From Octopus bimaculoides (lineage: Eukaryota): DNA of 33,756 bases. A program made the translations under genes and the position numbers. Shown here one piece after another: positions 1-11,170 of this stretch; position 1 is the first letter of the stretch; the number at the start of each line of letters is the position of its first letter. The notes below the pieces were generated by a model. The model was given only the letters and a program-made list of their open reading frames with translations. It was not told where the DNA came from and made no database searches. The stretch is taken from the NCBI RefSeq assembly GCF_001194135.2, contig NC_068999.1, positions 43,452,578 through 43,486,333 on the forward strand, written 5' to 3'.

Positions 1-136
1 TATATATATATATATATACACATATGTGTGTGTGTGTGTGTGCATATATATATATGGGTGTGTGTGTGTGCATATATATATATGTGTGCATGTGTGTGTG
101 TGTGTGCATATATATATATGTGTGCATATGTGCATG

Positions 137-198
<62 letters not shown>

Positions 199-212
199 TG
201 TGTGTGTAAATG
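1..212. repeat. compound (TA)n/(TG)n/(CA)n microsatellite
   Basis: Directly visible. Confidence 0.9.
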
Positions 213-639
213 CATATATATAATACATAGAGTGGTGTTACTTATTTTTAAGTCAAAAGCACGTGGGGATTAAACATTCCTTTCGTTAATCCCGACTGAA
301 AGTATCCATGAATAAATAAAACGAGTCTGTTCTACTCCTTTTCATGATGTAAGTTTAAAGATCTAAATTTTAATTAACCTAATATTGTTATTGACAACAT
401 TAATCAAGCCACACAAGTAAATGTCACTTGATTTAAGTATATTTTAAGCAAAATATTTTAATATTTGTATTTGAGATGCTGTAAATTAGTTTTTAAAAAT
501 ATTTGTTTATGTCATATTGTGATCTTTTGTAATTGATGAAGGAAAATGCTTATCAAGGACTTGATAAATAATTGTCTTACTACATAAGCTGTAAAGGAAT
601 TTTTGAGACATTGCTTCTGAAATTAGTTGTCCAGCAATT

Positions 640-1397
640 CTTATTTGCCATTCTGTGGATATCTTCAACAAAACTGGTGACTATTCTGCTCATTTTTCAT
701 TAGGATCACCACTAATGTCTGCTGAAGGATGGACCAATACATTCATTGCTTATCTTTGAGGAACCAAAATATGAATGTTGTTGACATTTTAAATGGCATT
801 TGACTGAAATATCACTTACAGATGGGTATCATATTAAAATAAAATGAATTGATGCTGTCTGGGCTTGTGGGGTGACATTTTGCTTATTAAAAGGATGTGC
901 ATTTCTCTGAAAATCTGGTGCTTTTCATTCAATTGCTCAGGAGCTTAAGAATTTGGCATTACCAGACTGGTCCAAAATGTAGTTGTTGGATGAATCAAAA
1001 TTTAATTTGCTTTGATCTGATAGCCAAGTATACATCTGATGTCATACAAGAGAAGAATTTCAACAAGAATGTATGGTGCTGACAATGTCCTGGTTTTGAT
1101 GTTGTATTTGTGGAAAAGAAGTCAGTCAAAAACATTATGGACGGAACATACTATCTGAAGAACCTGGCTTGGAGAAGGTTATGCTTTTCATTTGCAAGGA
1201 GCTAGTTGGGCTGATTGTCAGTGGATTTGTCAGCACGACAATGATCTGAAAAATATTGCATAAATAATTAAAAGTTCTTATGTAAAAGCAAGAAAATGTC
1301 CATGCTGCAAGGGCCCTCACCGTCCTTGTAAAAATGGGTCATCATGAGCATTTTAATGAAAAAAATCCAGGAACTTGCATCATATGGAATATATAGC
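640..1397 (+). mobile_element. decayed Tc1/mariner (DD34E-type) transposase pseudogene
   Basis: From 965: DWSKM*LLDESKFNLL*SDSQVYI*CHTREEFQQECMVLTM, matching the Tc1 motif W..V.FSDESKFNLFGSDG. From 1231: QHDNDLKNIA, matching QQDNDPKHTA. Has stops and a frameshift, and runs into a gap. Confidence 0.75.
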
Positions 1398-3350
1398 NNN
1401 NNNNNNNNNNNNNNNNNNNNNNNNNNNNNNNNNNNNNNNNNNNNNNNNNNNNNNNNNNNNNNNNNNNNNNNNNNNNNNNNNNNNNNNNNNNNNNNNNNNN
1501 NNNNNNNNNNNNNNNNNNNNNNNNNNNNNNNNNNNNNNNNNNNNNNNNNNNNNNNNNNNNNNNNNNNNNNNNNNNNNNNNNNNNNNNNNNNNNNNNNNNN
1601 NNNNNNNNNNNNNNNNNNNNNNNNNNNNNTATGAATGTGTGTGTGTGTGTGTGTATATGTATGTATATTATGGCCAGATGCATTCAATAATATTTGTTGT
1701 CTTAAGTTTGCATATTAAATGTTGACTCTTCTGCTTTTGGAAATCCTGGTCTAGATTTAATAGGCTGACCTGCCATAAACTTGTAAAAGCAAGATACACT
1801 TTTACTTACATATCTCTGCCTATCTTCCAACCTTGTATTCTTTGTTAACCTTTCATGTTCTTCTATCTCATTGCTAATAAATCCCTCCTGCTTATTGCAA
1901 AACTAGGCACTTCTTGTGCTGCCATCTGTCTTCTTTCCTGTTTTTTTTTTTTAACCTTTTTAACCCTAACCCTGCATACATTAAAAATCTGCTTCTAGAT
2001 GAGATTTGGTTTTACCTATTCAAACCACATTTTTTCTTTCTTTCTTTCTTTCCTCCCTCCCTCCCCCTTTCCTTTCTTTAACTTCCAGCTGCTAAATTTC
2101 ATACATAAATCAACCGGTTTTAAACAATGCGGCCCATTCTGGATAACAACACCACACCTAGCTTAGCTATTATCTTATTTAACAGACAATGTTGAAGGGG
2201 ATTTGTGCACGATTTCTATTTCATTAACTCTTCTTTTCCTGTTAAAAAGACAAGATTCAAAAACCAAAACAAAATAAAGTTTAAAAACAAAATACTTTTG
2301 TGTTAAACCCCTCTTTTTTCATATTTTTCTTCTTTATTTATGCTTAATCCTAAAGATTAACCACGTGTGTTTTTGCAACAGAACTTAAGTAAATCTTCAT
2401 GCTGCTGGTATGAAAGGTGTATTTTTCATTGAGGATAAAAATCTTAATCTCTCGTCTCTCTCCTTCCGTTTCTCTCCTTCCGTTTCTCTCCCTATTTCGT
2501 TATTGTATTTTCTCCCAGTAACCTGTTGTCAAGATCAAATGCCTACTGCTGTCAATAAAAGCTCTTTGTCTGCTCATTGGCTTCTTGCATGCTACTGAAT
2601 TAATCTATCTGTGAAGCTCTGCTAGATAATGTTTCTCAGCAATTGTCTGGTGTGGATAGGAAAGAAAAATTATACTTTTTAACCACACTGATAAACAACA
2701 TTAATTTCTAACTTGGCAATGAGAGAGAGAGCGCCTCTACATGGCTTCTTAATATGCTAGAAATAGCACCCATCTTTCTTAAATCATATCTTACGAGGGA
2801 AAGGGTACATTAGATAAGGTAATCCTACATACTCTGATTATAGTTATGCTTTTGTAGGCTTTTTGACCTTGTTCTCACCAACAACAAATCATAGTCTACT
2901 TTGGATAATGTAGTCCTAGGTATACTTTGCTTGTAAAAAAAAAAACATGAAAGGGGGTGGTCAAGACTGGAACATTTTTGATTAGTGTTTGAAATGTAAT
3001 TTAATAAGAGACTTTTACAAAAAATTATAAGGGAAGGTTTTAATCTAAATTCTATTTAGCTATTTTCATTTACTAGATGAAACTTCAGCATCCTGTTAGC
3101 AGCTTATCTATGCTGGTTGTATGCTTGCTTGTCCAATTGCAGGTTAAATGGGTCACTCCAGTGCTTGGGTAATTAAGCTCTGTTCACTTATCACTCAGCA
3201 GAATTCAAGCTATGCTCAGCCATCAATGACCAGGATGCAAAAGCTGCATCATGCACAACACAGCATCTTGTCTGACAGTGTAACAATCCTGCTAATCCCT
3301 CACCATGGACTGGTACTTAATTTACAATCCCTGTTTGGATAAAAGGAAAA

Positions 3351-3430
3351 GTTGGCCACTGCAGGATTTGAACTCAAGAGAACAAAGACCCAGGACAAGC
3401 ATTCTAGCCAAGACTCTAACTACTCAGCCA
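3351..3430 (-). mobile_element. degenerate SINE head (family A-like)
   Basis: Reverse strand reads TGGCTGAGTAGTTAG (A-box-like) ... GAGTTCAAATCCTGCAGTGGCCAAC (B-box-like). Confidence 0.5.
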
Positions 3431-4826
3431 TTTTAAAAGTGGAAGCTTTATATTATAAAACCAATAGCAGTCTGTAGCAAGAAGGCACCAAATGGTTAAA
3501 GACTTTAAATGAGAATAAATTATTAACCTGAAGACATTTCTTTTGTATTAATCCTAAGGCAGTTCTCTCTTGAAAGACTTTTAGTTCACCTGAAATTTCT
3601 CTTTTATTCTTTTTAATCCCATCAAAACTTACTCTTTTGAATAGTTTAACTTTCTGAATCTCTGCCATTCTGATACAGTAGCATAGACTTTAAGCCTCTT
3701 GGTTTACCAATTACATTTCAGATTCTGTCTAGCAGCCAAGCAGATATGTAGATTGTATTCTCAGAATCCTAATGCCCTCAGATACAGAATATACTTTGTG
3801 TGTCCTAGTTCAGCTGTTATTACCAGTCCATACTTGAAGTGTTTGACTTGTGGCTTGTTCCTTAACCATTATTTGGTTTCAGCCCTCTGTGCTTGACTGA
3901 AACCAACTGCTACCATTCTACAATAAAAGCAGCAATCACACAAAATAAACAAGGGCATTTCTATATCAGTCATGGGTAAGCTGTAGCCTATAGACGTTTC
4001 TGAATAGCCTAATGAAAAACTACTAGTAGTGTGGCTTGTCTAATCATGGGCCATATCCCATGCGGCCCTCTTGTCAACAAAACATTGCCCATGTCTTTTC
4101 TGTGTGGTCACACAATCTGCAACCAATAACAAGCAGACTTCCCTCTGATTACTCTTGTCAGGCTTTAAAAATGGCAAGAGACATTAGATTATGCAATCCT
4201 AAATACAGTATATTGGAATAAAGGGCTCGTTAATCTTTTGATCTTGGGGGGGGGGGGTTGTTTCTTTTAATTAAGGTTGACTTGAGGCTGGACACTAGCA
4301 CATGCATATGCACCCTGTTCACACTAAGCACCATCTTGGAATTCTTTCATTTTCATGACTCTAAGACTTCCATATTATTCTATTCTACACTCCTCATGCC
4401 TTTCATCTCTAACTCTTGTCCTTTCCAAGAGATTTCTTTTGCACTTCTCTCACTAGCTCTTCAATTACACTTCTTGATATTGATGATAATGATAATAATA
4501 ATAATGATGATAATAATTGCCCTTTTTATTGATAATTTGCTCCATTTCCCATTGGTCAAACTTGTGAAGAACAGCTAAGATTTTTGCTGTAATCAAAACG
4601 AAACTCTCAGATGTTTTTGGAGCTAGAAACTTGTAAGAAGTGTTCTTGCATGCTTTTTCTTGGTCCTTACCTCCATGGCAGGTACAGGACAAGCTTGAAG
4701 AATCCAAGACCAGGATTTTCGCTTCCTTTAATGTTTTGGCGAAAAAAAGAAAAAAAAACAATAATAACAGTAATAATAACAATAGTAAATAAATAAATAA
4801 ATCACAGAAAAAAAAAGCAAAATAAG

Positions 4827-5254
4827 GTCTACTATTTCTTTTCTTTTTTTTACTTTTTTTTTTCTGCTATTCCTCTCTTTCATACTTTGACCCTATCCTG
4901 TGCACTTGTACCACTACTCTGCATGTCCACCTGTGCTTCGTCTGCACTTTTATAACCACTCCTGCTGCTNNNNNNNNNNNNNNNNNNNNNNNNNNNNNNN
5001 NNNNNNNNNNNNNNNNNNNNNNNNNNNNNNNNNNNNNNNNNNNNNNNNNNNNNNNNNNNNNNNNNNNNNNNNNNNNNNNNNNNNNNNACTGCTGCTCCTG
5101 CTGCTGTCATCTACTACTACTGCTGCTGCTACCGCTGCTGCCGCCAACACCACCACCACCACTGCCACCACCACCTCTGTTGTTGACCCTTCTTGTCTTC
5201 TGAAAAAAAAAACAAAACAAAAAAAAAAACTTTCCAAATGACCACCACCCACAG
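4827..5254 (+). promoter_or_regulatory. extended AG-exclusion zone with polypyrimidine tract and CUG/YGCY cluster upstream of E1 (candidate splicing regulatory element)
   Basis: No AG in the sequenced bases 4827-4969 and 5088-5252 (308 nt; a 118-nt N gap lies between). Pyrimidine tract about 4833-4881, about 12 YGCY in 5088-5166, TGCATG at 4920-4925, branch-point-like TTGAC with A at 5186. Confidence 0.6.
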
Positions 5255-5367
5255 TGCCGATGATTGCCAACACTAACCAGCCTGCATCGATGGCAAGTGC
5301 TGCTACTAGCACCACCTCACTTCCTACTAATGCTGCTAGTGTAAATTACTTTGATGAGAACAACCAG
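5255..5367 (+). CDS. mbl: muscleblind internal coding exon E1 (113 nt, phase 1 to phase 0), Ala/Thr/Ser-rich C-terminal-region exon
   Basis: Acceptor cccacAG at 5253-5254 is the first AG after an in-frame TGA at 5239-5241. Donor CAG|GTAGTA at 5368. Translation (x)TG CCG ATG...AAC CAG = VPMIANTNQPASMASAATSTTSLPTNAASVNYFDENNQ. It resembles the recalled human MBNL1 segment [32 protein letters not shown] in start, end and phases, and splices in frame to E2. Confidence 0.85.
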
Positions 5368-5693
5368 GTAGTAGTGCTCTAAAACTCTTCTTCATCATCC
5401 TTAGTGCTACACCTGCTTCTACTACTGCTCTTTGTTTTACTAGTGTTTTATTATTATTATTGTATTGCGTGTTTGCTTTCTTCATTTCTGCTTATCTTAC
5501 TGTTTAAGTATCTTTTGGTTTCGTTTCATTCGTGTCTTGAACTTTTCTTAATCTTAAGACAAATATGATTTGTCTTTTATTTCTTTATACATGGCCAAGA
5601 TATCTGCATCACATTTTTTTTCCTTTTGTCATATATCGAACTTCTTTTAACCATATACATATCAACATACATAATTATGTGTTCACCTATGCC

Positions 5694-5743
<50 letters not shown>

Positions 5744-5765
5744 CACACTTACATGCATACATACA

Positions 5766-5799
<34 letters not shown>

Positions 5800-6025
5800 C
5801 ATACATAAACAATGAAAAGCTGAAATTTTACACCGTTGTTATTTTAGCTTTTGCCTTACCACGTTTTCGTTTTTTTTTTTTTCTCAACTACAATTATTTT
5901 TTCCAATAATATTTAGTTGTGGCATAAAGCTGCTTTGCAAAACACAAAATTAACAACGGTCTAAAAATCTCAGTTTTTAAATTGTTATACACTCTGCATT
6001 ATGTATTCAGAATTTTCTCACATTT

Positions 6026-6042
6026 GTGTGTGTGTGTATGTG

Positions 6043-6074
<32 letters not shown>

Positions 6075-6456
6075 CATGCATATGTATGTATATATATGTA
6101 CATGTATATATATGTATATATATACATGTATATGTATGTATATATATGTACATGTATATGTATGTATATATATGTACATGTATATATATGTATATATATA
6201 CATGTATATATATGTATATATATACATGTATATATATGTATATATATACATGTATATATATGTATATATATACATGTATATGTATGTATGTATATATATG
6301 TACATGTATATATATATATGTACATGTATATATATATATGTACATGTATATATATATATATATATATGTACATGTATATATATATATGTACATGTATATA
6401 TATATATATGTACATGTATGTATATATATATATGTACATGTATATATATATATATA
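6026..6456. repeat. alternating purine-pyrimidine minisatellite of TACATGTA cores separated by (TA)n
   Basis: Directly visible. It explains the six overlapping YIYM/CIYI ORFs in the track. Confidence 0.9.
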
Positions 6457-8594
6457 TTATTTGAATTTGCTTCAACTTGAGTTTGATGCAGTTTAGATGT
6501 TCTGTCTTGTTTTGTTGTTTTTGTTCTGTTCTGTTTTTTCTGTCACTTGGAGCTCCTGTTTTGCAATAGAATCTAGTCGTATAATTAGCAGTTTTGTCTC
6601 AATTTTGCCAGTCCTCAAACTCGTCAATTTACACAAAATGAAAACATTCATTCATATCATTTATCTCTAGTTTGAATCCCTTTCGTCCTTGTTTTGTTTG
6701 TTTTGTTTTTTTTTTCTTCTTAAAGTTCCTCTTTTGGCTAATATATAATACAATCACCTTTGTTCTATTTGTTAATTAATCTTGTACAAACTCTGTTGGG
6801 ATGTTTATAACACCTGACAAGTATCATTAAGTAATTACGACATAATTTCACGAAATGGCTGAAAGCCACATTAGTTGATTGTATTATGCTATACTCAAGT
6901 ACATATTAAACTTTCCCAACCCAGTATTGAGTGCGCTTGTCTCTTATATATGTCAAACACATATCTGTTATATATTCTTGCATGTTTGTCATTTGGTTTT
7001 CAGTACCAATGTTTATTTTGGTCTGTGTGGTAGTGGCTGTCTTTTTGCATGTGATACCAGTTTGTGCGTATGAATGTGTTAAAATGGAGTTTGTCTCTCT
7101 GCATTGTGAAACAGTTCCATATTTCAGCTCAGGCTCTTTTTTATTTTACGTTTCTCTGATTTTTTTTCTTATTCACTCCACTGGTGATAAGGCTTACTAT
7201 ATTCTTGGAGTGGTTAATTTGTTTCGCCGTGGGTCTTTGGGTAATCAAAATGTATAACTGACGTAGTGGCCATCACCTCAGACACGCCAAGCGAGAAGCT
7301 CTCATCGTGCTGGATCTACAATCTACCTGCAATCAAGTTTTAACTTCCCCAGTACCTCTAAATAAGTATCGCAGCGTGGAACAAGTTTCTACCCTAAGCA
7401 AGAAGTGCGCTGTTACATTGGCAAAATGTTTTGTTAGCTTACGATGCTGAGTTCAACTCCTTCTAAGAGGATTTTTGTTTTCTAGTTCATTTTTTAAAAA
7501 AAGCCATACTGTAATTAGTGAGCGAGAGCATTGTTGGTTACAGGTTTCCAACAGGTCAATTACTAAGAGAAACTATGTGTATACTGATATATCAAGATTG
7601 TTGTTCCTCTTTTGATTGTTAGTTGCAACATTTCAGCTGTTGTATCCTCCAACCATCTTCCGATGTCTGTCATATTTGGTAACGTACATTGAGTTTCAAG
7701 TCAAATCTTTAATTCAAACCACTGAGATAAACTCATCTCCTTCCATTTGTCAGTGTTAGGGATATTTTCATATTAGTTTTACCTAAATTTGTGTTGCCTC
7801 TAGTTCGCTATTCTTCAACCAGAATATGTACAGATCCAGGGATTGAACTTACAGCCACTTAGTGAATTAATGTACTTATTTACTTGGTGTTTAATCAACT
7901 CCTATATTCACTGTACCATTGTGCCATAGATCAATTAAGTAACCTGCTTTAAACTTATTTGTTTATGATCTTAGGTTTTATGTTCTTTGTTAAATACAGG
8001 CTCTTATCTAGTGTTCGTCTCTCTGCTAGATCTACTGAGGAAGTTATCACAAACTTACATACCAATTCTTTCAACTTATGTACCAATTCTTTTATCTTTC
8101 AGTGTTGTTTTCTGTTGTCTTGACATGAGTTGCTGACTTTTGTTTTTCCCTCCTCAAAGGTTGAGCTCTGCCTTATTTTCTTAATCTTCTCATGGATTTT
8201 CAGCTTTATAATGTTTCTGTTGCCTTCTTTTTCATGGGCAGCTCACCTCACCTTCATATTTCTTGCCACAACTGCATGGGATGAAATACAAATTGTTGGT
8301 CATGATTTTTTTTTTTTTCTTCTGATTGGAGCTTTGCTCAAGAGAAATGTCCCCAAAGAGTAAACCAAAGTGTAAATCCCATTCTCAGTCTGTAACTTGC
8401 CAATATTTGGGTGTAAACCAAATAACTTTATTATTATTTAGTTAAATGTTTACTAAATTTATACATGGAATATAGTTGTAAGTACTATAAGTATTCAGGT
8501 ACATAGTGTTAAGAAAAATTACGGGGGGAGGGTGAACCTCTAAATGTGGTGGTGGTTATTATTTGGATACTAGAAGCATTTATCATTATTAAGA

Positions 8595-8830
8595 GCGGTT
8601 AAGGTGACAAGTTAGCAAAATTGTTAGCATGTCGGACAAAATGCTGAGCATTTCATCTGTTTTTGTTCTCAGTTCAAATTCTACCATGGTCGACTTTGCC
8701 TTTCATCCTATCAAGGTTGATGAAACCACATACCAGTTAAGTACTGGGGTCGATGTAATCAAATAGCCCCCCTGCCCATCTCATCCCAAAAGTTTCAGAC
8801 CTTAGTGCCTATAGGAGAAAAAACTCATTA
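8595..8830 (+). mobile_element. tRNA-derived SINE, family A
   Basis: B-box-like CAGTTCAAATTC followed by the core GGTCGACTTTGCCTTTCATCC...GTACTGGGGTCGATGTAATC, shared with the copies at 13728, 21325 and 27930. Confidence 0.75.
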
Positions 8831-8860
8831 AGGGTGGTGGATTAACAGAGATGTTAGCCA

Positions 8861-8903
<43 letters not shown>

Positions 8904-8905
<2 letters not shown>

Positions 8906-8977
8906 GGGTGTCCACAAAGTCTGGGTACATGGAGTAAATAAAATCATAACATAAACAATTAAATATAAGAAATAATA
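8904..8977. mobile_element. possible end of a Tc1/mariner-type MITE running into a gap
   Basis: CAGGGTGTCCACAAAGTC start immediately after a TA/CA tract. The other end is not visible (gap 8978-9329). Confidence 0.35.
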
Positions 8978-10380
8978 NNNNNNNNNNNNNNNNNNNNNNN
9001 NNNNNNNNNNNNNNNNNNNNNNNNNNNNNNNNNNNNNNNNNNNNNNNNNNNNNNNNNNNNNNNNNNNNNNNNNNNNNNNNNNNNNNNNNNNNNNNNNNNN
9101 NNNNNNNNNNNNNNNNNNNNNNNNNNNNNNNNNNNNNNNNNNNNNNNNNNNNNNNNNNNNNNNNNNNNNNNNNNNNNNNNNNNNNNNNNNNNNNNNNNNN
9201 NNNNNNNNNNNNNNNNNNNNNNNNNNNNNNNNNNNNNNNNNNNNNNNNNNNNNNNNNNNNNNNNNNNNNNNNNNNNNNNNNNNNNNNNNNNNNNNNNNNN
9301 NNNNNNNNNNNNNNNNNNNNNNNNNNNNNGTGTGTGTGTGTGTGTGTGTGTGTGTGGAGAGAGAGAGAATTTTAACTCTTTTTTTTGTTTTTTTTTTGTT
9401 TTTACTTGTGCTCTTCCACCCAGATTGATATATTCCACCCGTTCAACCACCCAAGAGTCCTTTCTGCCAACAAAATGTCTGACATGTTTTCTTTTTGTTT
9501 TCTCTCACATATTTTTTTTTACTTGGCTTCTCTGGTTTATCCTACCCCCCCCCCCGTCGCCATTCTAACTGCAGTGGCTTCTCTTTTTCCTTCTATTGTT
9601 ATTAGACTACATTTGAGCGAGGGGTAGAAGGCAGGGGGGAGAGAGACTGAGAGAGATGATGGATGGTGATGCTGATGAGATGTGGTGTGGGAATATGGTG
9701 GCTAAGCAGATGAGTGTATGGCAGAGAAGAACCTTGTGAGTGTGTGTGTGTGTGTAGTGTAGTGTCGTGGTGATAGTGNNNNNNNNNNNNNNNNNNNNNN
9801 NNNNNNNNNNNNNNNNNNNNNNNNNNNNNNNNNNNNNNNNNNNNNNNNNNNNNNNNNNNNNNNNNNNNNNNNNNNNNNNNNNNNNNNNNNNNNNNNNNNN
9901 NNNNNNNNNNNNNNNNNNNNNNNNNNNNNNNNNNNNNNNNNNNNNNNNNNNNNNNNNNNNNNNNNNNNNNNNNNNNNNNNNNNNNNNNNNNNNNNNNNNN
10001 NNNNNNNNNNNNNNNNNNNNNNNNNNNNNNNNNNNNNNNNNNNNNNNNNNNNNNNNNNNNNNNNNNNNNNNNNNNNNNNNNNNNNNNNNNNNNNNNNNNN
10101 NNNNNNNNNNNNNNNNNNNNNNNNNNNNNNNNNNNNNNNNNNNNNNNNNNNNNNNNNNNNNNNNNNNNNNNNNNNNNNNNNNNNNNNNNNNNNNNNNNNN
10201 NNNNNNNNNNNNNNAATGGATGAGGAGTGATTACGGGGGGGGGATGGGTAGGGGCATGTTTTTCCTTCTAGGGGGCAGCTCTCCATTTATTCAAGCCTGA
10301 CAGATAGATGGTTAAATAGATAGAGAGGGAGAGATGTAGATGGAGAGGGAGAGAGATAGATGGAGAAGGAGTGATAGATA

Positions 10381-10432
<52 letters not shown>

Positions 10433-11022
10433 TGAGAGAAAGAGATGCACTGGTAGGCAGACAATTGGAAAAGATGGTTGAATAGACAGATAAATAAATG
10501 TCTGGATGCACAGTTGTTTGTGACAAAGCAGATCTATATAACAAATGACTCAGTTTTGGTTGCAGCCTTTATATTCTTGTGGTCTTGCTGGACTACAATT
10601 TTCAAGGGTTTTTATCAATTATTCTGACCCTGGTCCTCACAGTCTAGTCTGGGTCCTCACAGTCTGCTGCTTGTTTCATTGATCTCTGTTTATTGAAGTG
10701 GCTAAGTTCACCTTCAGTTAGTCCCCCCCACACACACACACACACCGCACCATTTAAAAATAGATAAATAAATAAATAAATAAGCATTTCTTTTCTTTTT
10801 AAGGAGTAAATTAATCAATTGTCCAGTTGAACATCCCCCCCCACCACCACTTGGCCCTTGAGCGCCTTTTCAGAATTACATTTTGTAGAAAATATTCCGA
10901 TCAGGTCTCTCAGCTGGGAATGACTTTATTTTTTTGTCTTGGAGGCCTGAAAAGAATCATGATTTTGCTTTGTTTGACTGAGGCACACACACACACACAC
11001 ACACACACGCACATGTCAGCAG

Positions 11023-11170
11023 CATCGTCATTTAAATCTGCTTTCCATGCTGGCATGGGTTGGGCAGTTTGACAAGCTCCAACGCCAACCACTTTGCAGA
11101 GCATACTCTTCCTAACACCAACCACTTTATAGAGTGTAGTGAGTACTTTTTTGTGCCACGGGCACTAGTG
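11023..11170 (-). mobile_element. SINE family B, internally deleted copy
   Basis: CATCGTCATTTAAATCTGCTTTCCATGCTGGCATGGGTTGG...AACGCCAACCAC. Confidence 0.6.

Noticed and set aside
1961-1972. (TAACCC)2 telomere-like repeat
   Set aside because: Only two units. More simply a branch-point-like CTAAC or chance.
4900-5241. ORF with an Ala/Thr-rich stretch in the same frame as E1
   Set aside because: It ends in TGA at 5239-5241 before E1, has no acceptor AG in the sequenced part and no donor. It is better explained as the intronic CTG/ACC repeat zone, although the gap prevents certainty.
9423-9480. Possible cassette exon after ctcttccacccAG
   Set aside because: No credible donor and no family similarity, and adjacent gaps limit interpretation.
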